Under the pieces are notes generated by a model, which worked only from the letters and a program-made list of their open reading frames with translations, did not search any database and was not told the origin of the DNA. From assembly GCF_003072485.1 (NCBI RefSeq), contig NZ_CP025989.1, forward strand, positions 660,001 through 692,000: 32,000 nt of DNA, given 5' to 3'. Source of the stretch: Candidatus Fokinia solitaria (GTDB lineage Bacteria; Pseudomonadota; Alphaproteobacteria; Rickettsiales; Midichloriaceae). The position numbers and the translations under genes are program-made. Positions within the stretch are counted from its first letter, which is position 1; each line of letters opens with the position of its first letter. Positions 15,894-26,066 of the stretch are shown one piece after another.

Positions 15894-18359
15894 CTACGCT
15901 ACAACTTTACTACTTGCTTCGATAAATGGCTTCATATCACTTATCGGCACATTGATAAAAATATCTTTTACAAGCGCGATTTCCAATACTTCTTTCATAG
16001 ATTTTACACCTATAATCTTCATATCGTTATGTACATAATTTTGGATATCTTGTAAATCTTTGACATTATCATGAGGAATAATAACAGTCTTGATACCTAT
16101 TCTTCTTGCAGCAAGTAATTTTTCTTTCAATCCTCCAATAGGTAAAACTCTGCCTGTTAAAGTCACTTCGCCAGTCATTGCTACATCATTGCGTACTGGC
16201 ACCTTCAGCATGATTGATGCTATTGCTGTGCATATTGCGATACCTGCTGATGGACCATCCTTCGGCGTTGCACCATCAGGTACGTGAAGATGTATATCCT
16301 TTTCAGAATGTACATTAGGCTCCACTAATACAGTCTCTGCTATACTTCTCATATATCCAATTGCGGTTAGAGCTGACTCTTTCATAACATCACCTAATTT
16401 CCCCGTAATTTGCACATTGCCTTTTCCTGGCATCAACACAGCTTCCAATTCGAGTACCTCTCCACCGTATTCTGTATATGCCAATCCTACCACTATACCG
16501 ATTCTTGCACCGTCATTTATAGGATTATCCTGGTATTTTCTCGCTCCTAAGAGGGTATTTAAATTATCTTCAGAGATTACAATACTCTTCTGAGTTGAGT
16601 TCGCTAATGTTCTTACAACTTTTCTACATACTTTTGCTAATTCACGCTCTAAATGCCGTACACCAGACTCTCTTGTGTAACCGCTAATAATTTCCTTCAC
16701 CGCATTTTCCGATATCTTCACTTCATCTTCGGTAATTTTATGCACCTCTCTCTGCTTTGGTAATAAATGCTGCATAAAAATGTGATACTTTTCTTCTTCT
16801 GAGTATCCAGAAATCTTTATTACTTCGAAACGATCCAAAAGCGGCGCTGGTATATCAAAAGAGTTAGCAGTAGCAACAAAGAATACATTAGAAATATCAT
16901 ATGATAACTCTAGGTAATTATCGGAAAACCTCTTATTTTCAACTGGATCTAATACATCTAAAAGCGTCGAAGCAGGATCGCTTCTATAATCCCTGCCCAT
17001 CTTATCTATCTCATCCAATAATATCACAGGATTAGAAACACCTACCTTTCTCATGGCGTGTATAATTCTACCTGGTATTGCACCAACATACGTACGTCTA
17101 TGTCCTTTTATCTCTGCATCATCACGTACTCCTCCGAGAGAAATCTTGGCTAGCGGACGCCCTAATGCCTGCGCTATAGAAGATGCTACTGATGTTTTAC
17201 CAACTCCAGGAGGACCAACAAAAAGTAAGATCGAACCATAACTATTATTCGTTCTTTTATACACCGCGAGATACTCCAATACTCTCTCTATTACTTTTTC
17301 CATACCATAGTGATGCGCACGTAGCACACTTTCAGCTTTTTCTAAATCTACTTCAGTTTCCAAATTCTCATTCCACGGTAAATCAAGTATACATTCTATG
17401 TAAAATTTGATAATAGCGGCCTCAGATGATATCGCATTTAAGTGGCGCAATTTCTTAAATTCAGAAAGTACCTTTTCTCTCGCTTCCGCAGAAAGTTTTT
17501 TTTGCGCAATCCTTTTTTCTAACTCTTCATATTCTTTATTCGGATCCTCTTCTCCTAATTCTTGATGAATTGCCTTTAACTGTTGAGTGAGATAGTAATT
17601 TTTATGATTTTCCCTAATCTGACTTTGAACTCTTTCCTTGATCGTATACTCAGTCTTCATTACTTCTACTTCTTCTTCTATATGAAAGAGCAATTTCTCA
17701 AGCTTTTTCTCAATATCAATCAACTCTAGAAGTTCTTGCTTTTTGGACACAGAAAGAGTGAGATGCACCGTTACTGCATCAGCAAGCAGAGTTTCATTAC
17801 CGATTTTTAAGATATTATCCAAAACATCAGGCGGAATTTTTTTGTAATCCTTTGCGTACTCCGAAAATGCATTCACTAAAGTATCTCGCAGCAGCGCAAC
17901 TCTTCTGCCATGAGTAGAAAGCACTTTTTTGTACTTGAGTTTTACTACACGTGCAGCAATATAGTCACCATTTTTTACGAATTTTACCACTTTGACTCTC
18001 TCTATACCTTCTGCAAACAGCTTTGCACTGCCATCATTTCCATTAAAGACCTGCAAAGTCTTCGAGAGTGCTCCTATTTTATATAAGTTACTTACCTCTG
18101 GTTCTTCATCTTTCGGATCTTTTTGCGTGACTAAAATAAGAGGTAATTTCTCTTTAGTTGCGACTTCTAATGCTCTGAGAGACGACTTACGTCCTATGAG
18201 AAGCGGCACTATCATTCTCGGAAACATCACTACATCTCGAAGAGGTAAAACAGGATATAGTATGGTATTTTCTGCGCTATTACGACGAGTTTTCTTCGTA
18301 GAGTCCTTTGCTTTATCAGAAAGCTCGCGCTCACGCCGCAGATTCTTGGATGCTGTCAT
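15894..18359 (-). CDS. lon: ATP-dependent Lon protease
   Basis: 821 aa. It has an N-terminal LON domain (LPLRDVVMFP), Walker A GPPGVGKTS and the protease motif PKDGPSAGIA. Confidence 0.97.
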   Translation of the reverse strand: MTASKNLRRERELSDKAKDSTKKTRRNSAENTILYPVLPLRDVVMFPRMIVPLLIGRKSSLRALEVATKEKLPLILVTQKDPKDEEPEVSNLYKIGALSKTLQVFNGNDGSAKLFAEGIERVKVVKFVKNGDYIAARVVKLKYKKVLSTHGRRVALLRDTLVNAFSEYAKDYKKIPPDVLDNILKIGNETLLADAVTVHLTLSVSKKQELLELIDIEKKLEKLLFHIEEEVEVMKTEYTIKERVQSQIRENHKNYYLTQQLKAIHQELGEEDPNKEYEELEKRIAQKKLSAEAREKVLSEFKKLRHLNAISSEAAIIKFYIECILDLPWNENLETEVDLEKAESVLRAHHYGMEKVIERVLEYLAVYKRTNNSYGSILLFVGPPGVGKTSVASSIAQALGRPLAKISLGGVRDDAEIKGHRRTYVGAIPGRIIHAMRKVGVSNPVILLDEIDKMGRDYRSDPASTLLDVLDPVENKRFSDNYLELSYDISNVFFVATANSFDIPAPLLDRFEVIKISGYSEEEKYHIFMQHLLPKQREVHKITEDEVKISENAVKEIISGYTRESGVRHLERELAKVCRKVVRTLANSTQKSIVISEDNLNTLLGARKYQDNPINDGARIGIVVGLAYTEYGGEVLELEAVLMPGKGNVQITGKLGDVMKESALTAIGYMRSIAETVLVEPNVHSEKDIHLHVPDGATPKDGPSAGIAICTAIASIMLKVPVRNDVAMTGEVTLTGRVLPIGGLKEKLLAARRIGIKTVIIPHDNVKDLQDIQNYVHNDMKIIGVKSMKEVLEIALVKDIFINVPISDMKPFIEASSKVVA

Positions 18360-18390
18360 AAAAGTCTCCTAAAATTTATTGTTGAATCGA

Positions 18391-18419
18391 ATATATGTCG
18401 AGGATAGCAGTTTTTCAAA
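18391..18419 (-). promoter_or_regulatory. RpoH (sigma32)-like promoter candidate for lon
   Basis: The minus strand has TTTGAAA...(TTTG-N18)-CATATAT in the ftsB-lon gap. It is followed by AGGAG 6 nt before the lon ATG. The same TTTG-N17-CATATAT arrangement occurs upstream of dnaK. Confidence 0.35.
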
Positions 18420-18467
18420 CTTTTAAAGAGAGTATATGTAAATAAAAGACTGTTAGCACTCAAAGTA

Positions 18468-18749
18468 CTATTCTTTCATAAGTACTATAATCTCTTTTTC
18501 ATCAGAAAACCCCATCACTCTCCTTAGAGTTTCTTCAACATAATCTCTCGATAAACTCTCCTTCAATAACTTTAATTCGTGCTCTAATGCAGCTTTTTCC
18601 CCTCTAAGTTCTTTTAATTCATCCGAGATTGCGTCATAATGAGAGTCTAGAACAAAATATGCACCGATACTATTTTCTCCTTGAAATAGATGATACATTG
18701 GATAAAGCAGAAGAACACCATATATGAGAAGCATTCTGTACCATTTCAT
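18468..18749 (-). CDS. Septum formation initiator family protein (FtsB/DivIC-like)
   Basis: 93 aa. It has an N-terminal TM helix (MLLIYGVLLLYPMY) followed by a leucine-zipper-like coiled coil (ISDELKELRGEKAALEHELKLLKE) and a short C-terminal tail. Confidence 0.6.
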   Translation of the reverse strand: MKWYRMLLIYGVLLLYPMYHLFQGENSIGAYFVLDSHYDAISDELKELRGEKAALEHELKLLKESLSRDYVEETLRRVMGFSDEKEIIVLMKE

Positions 18750-18853
18750 CGTTTTGCACTTCTATCGTTAAATGAATTTTCACTTACCAATTGAAAGGTA
18801 AATGTAAATTGTGCTACCATGTGTGATTATGAACCAACCTGTATTAGATTACA

Positions 18854-19201
18854 ATGCAGAATAAGATCGCAGTAGCAAAAAGCGCACCTATTAAAACAAG
18901 CGCTTTCAAAGCAAGTTTAGTTCTTTCTCTCGTAAGAGGACTTGATGTTCACGCTGCACTTTTGCAGTTGCAGTTTTCTAGAAAGAAGATTGCATACGAT
19001 GTGCATAAGCTTGTACGTTCCGCGATTGCAAATGCTGAACATAATTGCAATATGGATGTAGATAGATTGTACATCAGTAAAATACTTGTAAATCATGCAT
19101 TCTATCTAAAAAGATTCATGCCACGTGCTAAGGGGAGAGCGAATAGAATTATGAAGCCGTTCTCTAGAATATGTCTAGAACTTTCTGAAAGACAGATATA
19201 G
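18854..19201 (+). CDS. rplV: 50S ribosomal protein L22 (divergent, outside an S10-type operon)
   Basis: 115 aa. KASLVLSLVRG, VRSAIANAEHN and KRFMPRAKGRANRIMKPFSRI match L22 blocks (KarlvadlIRG, SAiANAe.N, kR..pRA.GRa..i.k.tsHI). Confidence 0.8.
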   Translation: MQNKIAVAKSAPIKTSAFKASLVLSLVRGLDVHAALLQLQFSRKKIAYDVHKLVRSAIANAEHNCNMDVDRLYISKILVNHAFYLKRFMPRAKGRANRIMKPFSRICLELSERQI

Positions 19202-19260
19202 TACCTTGCGCGTTGTAAGAGCAGTTTTGTTTCAAGTGTGTAGTTTGTTGATTGTATTTT

Positions 19261-21147
19261 ATGAACAGGGATGGTATGGACGTTGGACAGTCAGTTGATA
19301 ATTTTACTTGGCTTTTCAAAACTCAAGAAGAAGACGTTTTGCGTAACGTTAGAAGGCGTCATAATATATCTGAGATCGTAGCGAAAATACTTATAAATAG
19401 AGGCTATTCTAAGCAGGAAGAGATAGACACTCTACTACATGTAAAATTATCTAAAATACTGCCTAACCCTTTCTTATTCAAAAGAATGAAGGAAGTAACG
19501 GCACTACTTCTCGATTCTATAGAAAGAAACGAAAGAATATATATTTTTACTGACTACGATACTGATGGTACAAGCGCAGCTGCTACTCTCATTACATTTT
19601 TCAACTCTATAAAATATAGCAACTTTGCAGTCTACATACCTAATAGAGCAACTGAAGGATATGGTCCTAATAACACTGCGATCTTAAAAATGAAAGAAGA
19701 CGGTGCAAAAATCATCGTCTATATGGATTGCGGTACTAATTCAGTATCTCAGATGGCGTTTGCAAATTCACTTGAAATGAAGTGTATAGTGCTAGATCAC
19801 CACAATGTAGAAGTAACAGATGAAGTGAATAACGAAACTATTATCATTAACCCTAACACTCACGGAGAAACTTTTCCATACAAGCAAATTTGCGCCACCA
19901 CGGTAGTACTCATCGTTGTAATAGCACTTAGAGCTGTGATGAGAGAGAAAAAATATTTTCAAAAGATTAACATCTTAGAGCCGGATATCACACCACTTAC
20001 GGCTTTTGCGGCATTAGGCACAGTATGTGACGTAATTCCTCTCAATCCATTAAATAGAGCGCTGATAATAGTTGGCATCAAAACAATGCGTAATCGCAAA
20101 ATATTAGGACTATCCGTAATACTAGATTATCTCAAGCTTGGCGATAAACTCAGCGTCTTTCACATAGGATACATGATAGGGCCTAGACTAAACGCAGGAG
20201 GAAGGATGGATACAGCAAACATAGCGCTTTCTCTGCTTATTGCGGACACCGTTGAAAACGCTAAAAAAGCGGCATTAACGTTAGAAGCACTAAATCAAGA
20301 AAGAAAAGTCGTTGAAGGCGATATCATGCATGAAATACTAGCAGAGATAGTACAAAATGATAATGATGGTAAAAGAGCAATCATTATCGTCAAAAATAAT
20401 CTACCTGCTGGCATAATGGGAATATTAGCAAATAGAGTCAAAGAGTATTCCAAAAAAACAGCTATCATAATTTCGATAGATACGGCACAAGAGAAAATTA
20501 AGGGCTCAATTCGTTCAATAGATGGTATCAATATTGTATCAATGCTGATGCATACAAAGCAAAACGGATTATTGTACGACGCAGGAGGGCATCCAATGGC
20601 CGGAGGATTTAATGCATCACTTCACAATTTACCAAAGATTGTAGAAGAATTTGAATCTTTCATGAATAAGGCGGAAGATTACGATATATATTCGCACAAA
20701 ATGAAGACTTTAGAGATAGATGCGATATTATCAGTCACAGCAATGGATGAAAGATTAATTAAAGAAATTAGAATACTTGAACCTTTTGGCGCTGGATATC
20801 CATATCCAAGATTTTTGCTGCAAAATGCTAAAATCATTAGAGCGGTAGTAATTCAAAATATTCATGTCAGCGTCACAATAGCGCCACCTTTTCCACGTAA
20901 ACAAAAAAATATTACATGTTTTCTCTTCAGAGGCGCAGAAAGTAAAATAGGAAAATTCTTAATGAATAATATAGGAAATATAGTAGATGTAGTAGGCGTA
21001 TTTAAAATAGAAGGTAATCTAGGTGCGAAATTCAGTATCGCTATAGAAGATGCATCCTCTATTGTAAGGCAAAAACGCGCGAATACAAAACGTTATCAAG
21101 AGACAAGGTATAAAAAAAATAGAGGAGAACGTATAGTATCGCGGTAA
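19261..21147 (+). CDS. recJ: Single-stranded-DNA-specific exonuclease RecJ
   Basis: It has the DHH-family motifs DYDTDGTSAAA, DCGT and LDHH, plus the DHHA1 motif GGHPMAGG. ATG at 19261 is preferred over the TTG at 19252. Confidence 0.9.
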   Translation: MNRDGMDVGQSVDNFTWLFKTQEEDVLRNVRRRHNISEIVAKILINRGYSKQEEIDTLLHVKLSKILPNPFLFKRMKEVTALLLDSIERNERIYIFTDYDTDGTSAAATLITFFNSIKYSNFAVYIPNRATEGYGPNNTAILKMKEDGAKIIVYMDCGTNSVSQMAFANSLEMKCIVLDHHNVEVTDEVNNETIIINPNTHGETFPYKQICATTVVLIVVIALRAVMREKKYFQKINILEPDITPLTAFAALGTVCDVIPLNPLNRALIIVGIKTMRNRKILGLSVILDYLKLGDKLSVFHIGYMIGPRLNAGGRMDTANIALSLLIADTVENAKKAALTLEALNQERKVVEGDIMHEILAEIVQNDNDGKRAIIIVKNNLPAGIMGILANRVKEYSKKTAIIISIDTAQEKIKGSIRSIDGINIVSMLMHTKQNGLLYDAGGHPMAGGFNASLHNLPKIVEEFESFMNKAEDYDIYSHKMKTLEIDAILSVTAMDERLIKEIRILEPFGAGYPYPRFLLQNAKIIRAVVIQNIHVSVTIAPPFPRKQKNITCFLFRGAESKIGKFLMNNIGNIVDVVGVFKIEGNLGAKFSIAIEDASSIVRQKRANTKRYQETRYKKNRGERIVSR

Positions 21148-21181
21148 TTTAACATTGATATAAATAATTCTACAAATTGCA

Positions 21182-21209
21182 TTTGCTTTTAAAAGAATCC
21201 AACATATAT
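21182..21209 (+). promoter_or_regulatory. RpoH (sigma32)-like promoter candidate for dnaK
   Basis: TTTG (21182-21185), a 17-nt spacer, then CATATAT (21203-21209), 35 nt upstream of the dnaK ATG. The -10-like heptamer is the same as the one upstream of lon. Confidence 0.35.
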
Positions 21210-21244
21210 CTACGGATATAAGTGTCTAATTATTAAATTGTTTT

Positions 21245-23161
21245 ATGAGTAAAGTAATCGGTATCGATCTGGGCACAACAAATTCTTGTGTCGCAATTAT
21301 GGAGGGAAAAAATCCGAAGGTGATAGAAAACGCTGAAGGTACAAGAACTACTCCATCTTTCGTCGCATATGTAGAAGGTAATACTACTGTAGTAGGTGCG
21401 CCCGCAAAAAGGCAAGCAATCACCAATCCATCTAAGACGATATTTGAAGTCAAAAGATTAATAGGAACGAAGTTTGACGATAAGTTTGTACAAGATTCTG
21501 TAGAACATCTACCGTATAGAGTCGTTGCAGGGCCACATCAAGATTCTTGGGTAGAAGTAGATGGAAAAAAGCTCTCTCCAAGTCAAGTAAGTGCGGAAAT
21601 TTTGAAAAAAATGAAAGCCACTGCTGAAGCTTTCTTAGGTTATAAAGTAACGGAAGCTGTTATTACTGTACCAGCATACTTCAATGATTCTCAAAGACAA
21701 GCTACAAAGGATGCGGGGAAAATAGCAGGATTAGAAGTACTGAGAATAATAAATGAGCCAACTGCTGCAGCGCTGGCATACGGTCTTGATAAAGGAAATA
21801 AAAGTCAAACAGTTGCAGTATATGACTTAGGTGGAGGTACGTTTGATGTATCGATACTGGAAGTGAGTGATGGAGTATTTGAAGTAAAATCTACAAGCGG
21901 TGATACTACTCTCGGAGGAGGTGATTTCGATAATAGAATCATCCAATTCTTATGCGATGAGTTCAAAGCGCAAAATAGTGTAGATTTAACAAATGATAAA
22001 TTTGCATTACAGAGACTTAAAGAAGCAGCTGAAAAAGCAAAAATAGAGCTTTCCAGCACAATGGAAACTGATATTAACCTTCCGTATATTACGGCAGATG
22101 CATCAGGGCCTAAACATCTGACAGTGAAGATGACTCGCGCAAAACTTGAAAGTATTACAAAAGATCTGATAGAAAAGACAGTCGCGCCATGCCAAAATGC
22201 TCTAAAAGATGCAGGAGTTAGCATAGGACAAATAGACGAAGTAATCCTTGTAGGAGGAATGACAAGGATGCCAGCTGTTGTTGAGAAAGTTAAAGAAATA
22301 TTTGGCAAAGAACCGCACAAAGGAGTAAATCCTGATGAAGTTGTTGCAATAGGTGCCGCAATACAAGGCGGTATCATCAAAGGTGATATAAAAGACATCC
22401 TTTTACTTGATGTAATTCCTTTAACACTCGGTATAGAAACTATGGGAGGAGTAGCAACACCTTTGATCCCTAAAAATACCACAATTCCATCGAAGAAATC
22501 ACAGATATTTTCCACTGCAGCTGATAATCAAACTGCCGTTACAATACGTATAGTGCAAGGAGAGCGCAAATTTGCAAAGGACAATAGAGAGTTAGGTATA
22601 TTCACGTTAGAAGGTATCCCCCCTTCTCCTAGAGGAATACCACAAATTGAAGTTGAATTTAACGTAGATGCAAATGGTATATTGCATGTATCTGCGCGCG
22701 ATAAGTCCAGTGGTAAAGAACAGAGAATTACTATACAGTCTTCTAGCGGATTATCCGATGATGACATACAGAGAATGATAAAAGAAGCAGAACAAGCAGC
22801 AGAAGAAGATGCTAAAAAGCATACTCTAGTAGAGTTAAGAAATAGTGCTGATTCAGCAATTCATTCAGCCGAAAAATCCATGTCAGAACATGGAGATAAG
22901 ATCTCGCAAGAAATTAAAGATTCTGTAAATAATGCAATCTCTACTCTTAAATCCGTGATGGATTCAGATGATCCAGAAGTATTAAAAGAAAAGATACAAG
23001 CATTGAATAATGCTTTGATCGCTATAGGGCAGCATATGCATCAAGGTAGTGAAACAAGCAGTAATGGAGAAAATGCTCAGACAGATCAAAGCGGCGAAAA
23101 GAAAGAAGATGAGTATGTTGATGCTGATTACGAAGAGGTAAAAGAAGACGAGAAGAAATAG
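21245..23161 (+). CDS. dnaK: Molecular chaperone DnaK (Hsp70)
   Basis: 638 aa with [33 protein letters not shown] and an acidic C-terminal tail. Confidence 0.98.
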   Translation: MSKVIGIDLGTTNSCVAIMEGKNPKVIENAEGTRTTPSFVAYVEGNTTVVGAPAKRQAITNPSKTIFEVKRLIGTKFDDKFVQDSVEHLPYRVVAGPHQDSWVEVDGKKLSPSQVSAEILKKMKATAEAFLGYKVTEAVITVPAYFNDSQRQATKDAGKIAGLEVLRIINEPTAAALAYGLDKGNKSQTVAVYDLGGGTFDVSILEVSDGVFEVKSTSGDTTLGGGDFDNRIIQFLCDEFKAQNSVDLTNDKFALQRLKEAAEKAKIELSSTMETDINLPYITADASGPKHLTVKMTRAKLESITKDLIEKTVAPCQNALKDAGVSIGQIDEVILVGGMTRMPAVVEKVKEIFGKEPHKGVNPDEVVAIGAAIQGGIIKGDIKDILLLDVIPLTLGIETMGGVATPLIPKNTTIPSKKSQIFSTAADNQTAVTIRIVQGERKFAKDNRELGIFTLEGIPPSPRGIPQIEVEFNVDANGILHVSARDKSSGKEQRITIQSSSGLSDDDIQRMIKEAEQAAEEDAKKHTLVELRNSADSAIHSAEKSMSEHGDKISQEIKDSVNNAISTLKSVMDSDDPEVLKEKIQALNNALIAIGQHMHQGSETSSNGENAQTDQSGEKKEDEYVDADYEEVKEDEKK

Positions 23162-23545
23162 TACCACGATGAACGTGTTCGAGTGCCATGCATTCGATTC
23201 ACGTTTATCATCGCTAATATGCGTATGTGTAAGCTACTTGCAAAACATCAGTAGAGAGTATAAGCAGCATGAATAATGCAATCTGCGTAGTTAGAAGCAT
23301 CGTTCATCAAATGCCGCTACAGTACTAATCATATAGTGCTAAAACACGATAAAGAATAATCTCAACAATTTACAATCAACGATTTCTATCATTCTGAAGT
23401 CTTCATGATTATCAAAAATTAGCTGAAAAAAGCTACTGATAGCAATAACGCTACAATTAAAACTATCACATAGAAAAGCTCTCATTACGAAGTCATCACA
23501 CTACTACTACCTCTTAATCGTTCCGCAATTTCCGCGACAAAGGTA

Positions 23546-23574
23546 TTGAAAATAGCCCTGTAATTACTTAGCAT
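23546..23574 (+). promoter_or_regulatory. Cassette promoter, copy A (diverged)
   Basis: TTGAAA (23546-23551), a 17-nt spacer, then TAGCAT (23569-23574), 28 nt before the ATG at 23603. Copies B, C and D have the same architecture and the same -10 hexamer. Confidence 0.45.
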
Positions 23575-23602
23575 GCAGGTACTTCAATTTTTACACATAG
23601 AT

Positions 23603-23863
23603 ATGCCTTTTTCCGCCTTATGCTTTGTGATATACACATCGCTAATGACTTTGATATTTCCTCAAAGCAATGCAATTGCGGAAACTGAAATCTCATATAA
23701 TACCGAAGTAAGTACCATTACTAAGATGGTACTGAGTGCTGAAATCGCTGATGAAATTCAGCGCAAAAAAGTTGGATATCATTATAGAAAAGGACATTCT
23801 TGCACTAGCAAAAAAGGTCGTACTTATTATAGAAGAGGACATTACTATCATAGAAGAAAATAG
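23603..23863 (+). CDS. Secreted small protein, family member A (leader + ETEISYN motif + Y/H/R/K-rich basic tail)
   Basis: The start is moved to ATG 23603 so the N-terminus MPFSALCFVIYTSLMTLIFPQSNA/IAETEISYN aligns with the leaders of members B-D. The ORF-track ATG at 23573 lies inside the predicted -10 element. Confidence 0.6.
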   Translation: MPFSALCFVIYTSLMTLIFPQSNAIAETEISYNTEVSTITKMVLSAEIADEIQRKKVGYHYRKGHSCTSKKGRTYYRRGHYYHRRK

Positions 23864-23942
23864 TAAGTCAAAGAATAGTAGTAGCGGGAGTTTTTCACCT
23901 TCTGCAAATCTAAAATAGCGTCGCAGTGCTATAACTTTTCAA

Positions 23943-24065
23943 GTGTTGCAAGTTGTGTTGTGATTATCTAGCATACGCATGTTTTAATTCTCATGTGTAG
24001 ATATGCCTCTGCTGATCTTGTGCTTTGCAGTGTGTGCATCGCTAATAACTCCCCTTCTTCAAAGC
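23943..24065 (+). repeat. Partial (123 bp) copy of the promoter + leader module
   Basis: It aligns to 26203-26325 and 27019-27141 without gaps, with about 5 mismatches to copy C by eye. Similarity ends right after the leader (caaagc). Confidence 0.85.
23946..23974 (+). promoter_or_regulatory. Cassette promoter, copy B
   Basis: TTGCAA (23946-23951), a 17-nt spacer, then TAGCAT (23969-23974), 28 nt before the ATG at 24003. Confidence 0.45.
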
Positions 24066-26066
24066 GATGCAGCGATAAAGCCAAATAAATTTCGCACTTA
24101 TTCTAACAATAATCATGGTAATGATGAGCTTTATAATGCAATAGTGCAAGCGGCTATCGCTAGAGAGTTCAGCCAGCCATTACCACCTACTCAGCATGAA
24201 CAGGAACTGCTAGATTTGGCGCAAGCTAAGCATGATGCTGAAGTTGAAAATCTGAAAGAAGATAATAAAAGGAAAGAAGCGGCGAGAAAAGAAGCAGCTG
24301 AAATAGCAAAATGGGAAAGGTTAAAGGCGGCAGCAGACGCTGAGAAAGCAAAATCAGAAAAATTGAAGGCAGATTCAGATGCGAGGAAAGCAATAGAAGA
24401 GAAGATAAAAAATATAGCAAAAGATGCACAATATATATCAGTTATAGATGACATTGAGGCGAATAAAGTGAAAATGATGAGAATACTAAAGAGAAATCCA
24501 GAAATGCTGGAGAAAATGCAGAATGATTCTGCGTTAGAAGAGTATATAAATAAAATAATGAGTGACGCCTATAATACTGAAACTAAAAGATATGAATTTA
24601 ATATAGGGAGTCTTGCGACATTTTATACTAAGTATGGCCTTGAAAGGGAAGATGCTAGAGAGCTAGCGTGGTTATGTAGAAGAATTTTAAAAGAAACTGG
24701 CTTTTTGATGGCTGTTACAAGAGCGAAAGGCGATATCATTAGTGAGCGATATAATACACTAGATCTTGAAACATTGATGATGGAGATTAGAGAGAATAAA
24801 AGTGATATGATAGATACTTATTTGCAAAGAGTAAGGACGGCAACACTGACGCAGATGACAGGTGAATTATTATCATTAAAAGAAAGGGGCGTTATATCGC
24901 AGAAAAGATATGACGGCATAATTGAAGATATATTTCCAGAAAACAGTATACTATCTCCTTATTCACAAGAGATGTATGAAGAACTTACTAATAAAAAACA
25001 TGCTTCATATGGAACAAAGGAAGCGCGGGAGGAATATGATATTAATTACGAGGAAGGAAAAGAGAACGATGAACGGCAAGAGGATAATGTATCAGCTGTA
25101 GTAGCTAATATGAATAATAATGATGGTAACGATGTTACTGATGATACTATTACTGGAGGAGACGGAGATAATGGCGGTGATAATATCGTTAACAATCCTC
25201 CGGCTAACAATAACGATGGCGGTAGTATCAAGAATAATAAAATTAATAGCGCGCATCCTATAGGAATGGACAATGATACGGCCAATGCTATGGCGGATGC
25301 TAAGAGTATTATTAATGCGAAGAACTTTCGAGATTTACCAGGTGGACAAATAGCAAGCGCAATAGCAAAATCAGCGACAAAAGCCGCTATTGAATTACCA
25401 ACAGCACCTGATCAGATTATTCGTTTTGTTGGAGATTTAATACAACGAGGAGTAAAAGGGAAGAAAAATTTTAAGCCAATGAGGCCAGTATTAGATTACG
25501 CATTAGATGCTTCGGATAAAGCATTACCAGGTATAAGTAAGACATTAAGGCCTCTTGCAGATGTGTTCTCTTTAGAAGGGCAGGCTAGATTGGCGAAAGA
25601 GGTAGGACTAGAGGATAATTTAGGACTGACTCGAGAGGAGAAAGATAATCCTATAGCGAATACAGCTGCACATATAGCGGATTTCGCTGTAGGGTATGGT
25701 AAATTAAATACTCCATTAAAAGCGATGAAAGCTATAAATCCGACTGTAGCATTAAACGTATTTCGAAAAGATATCCCGAACGCACTAAAGGAAGGCGGTA
25801 AGATAGCCAAAGATGTTGGATCATGGATCGGAAGTAAAGGAGAGAATTTACCTAAAGTATGGCAAGGAATTAAAAAAGCAAAAGAAGGGATGACATCGGC
25901 ACTAAGAGAGACGGTTAAATCAAAGGGTACAAATATAGCAGAGATGGTAGCGCGAAGTAAAATAATACCACATTCTCTACTTAATGCTGCGAAAGGCGCG
26001 GGTAAAATACTAGTATATGAAGTAGCACGTGGCAATCTCAAAGGAGATGATATCTATGTACTATAG
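24003..26066 (+). CDS. Secreted large protein, family member B (leader, K/E/A coiled coil, N/D/G-rich linker, unknown C-terminal region)
   Basis: 687-aa ORF with the leader MPLLILCFAVCASLITPLLQSDA. The antisense ORFs within it are shadows. No family recognised. Confidence 0.8.
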   Translation: MPLLILCFAVCASLITPLLQSDAAIKPNKFRTYSNNNHGNDELYNAIVQAAIAREFSQPLPPTQHEQELLDLAQAKHDAEVENLKEDNKRKEAARKEAAEIAKWERLKAAADAEKAKSEKLKADSDARKAIEEKIKNIAKDAQYISVIDDIEANKVKMMRILKRNPEMLEKMQNDSALEEYINKIMSDAYNTETKRYEFNIGSLATFYTKYGLEREDARELAWLCRRILKETGFLMAVTRAKGDIISERYNTLDLETLMMEIRENKSDMIDTYLQRVRTATLTQMTGELLSLKERGVISQKRYDGIIEDIFPENSILSPYSQEMYEELTNKKHASYGTKEAREEYDINYEEGKENDERQEDNVSAVVANMNNNDGNDVTDDTITGGDGDNGGDNIVNNPPANNNDGGSIKNNKINSAHPIGMDNDTANAMADAKSIINAKNFRDLPGGQIASAIAKSATKAAIELPTAPDQIIRFVGDLIQRGVKGKKNFKPMRPVLDYALDASDKALPGISKTLRPLADVFSLEGQARLAKEVGLEDNLGLTREEKDNPIANTAAHIADFAVGYGKLNTPLKAMKAINPTVALNVFRKDIPNALKEGGKIAKDVGSWIGSKGENLPKVWQGIKKAKEGMTSALRETVKSKGTNIAEMVARSKIIPHSLLNAAKGAGKILVYEVARGNLKGDDIYVL

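Noticed and set aside
18453-18461. TTAGCACTC, a perfect half of the CIRCE (HrcA) operator, between ftsB and lon
   Set aside because: The second half-site (GAGTGCTAA after 9 nt) is missing on either side. A single 9-mer is compatible with chance.
21805-22515. 236-aa minus-strand ORF (plus several shorter ones) inside dnaK
   Set aside because: It is antisense to an unambiguous, highly conserved dnaK, so it is a typical shadow ORF. The same reasoning applies to the antisense ORFs in ffh, lon, lpdA, rlmN, parB, nadK and family member B (25496-26041).
23573-23602. ORF-track start (ATG 23573) for family member A, and the overlapping 60-aa ORF at 23736-23918
   Set aside because: ATG 23573 lies within the conserved TAGCAT -10 element. 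The alignment with the other three leaders supports ATG 23603. The 60-aa ORF is an alternative frame of the same short gene with no support.
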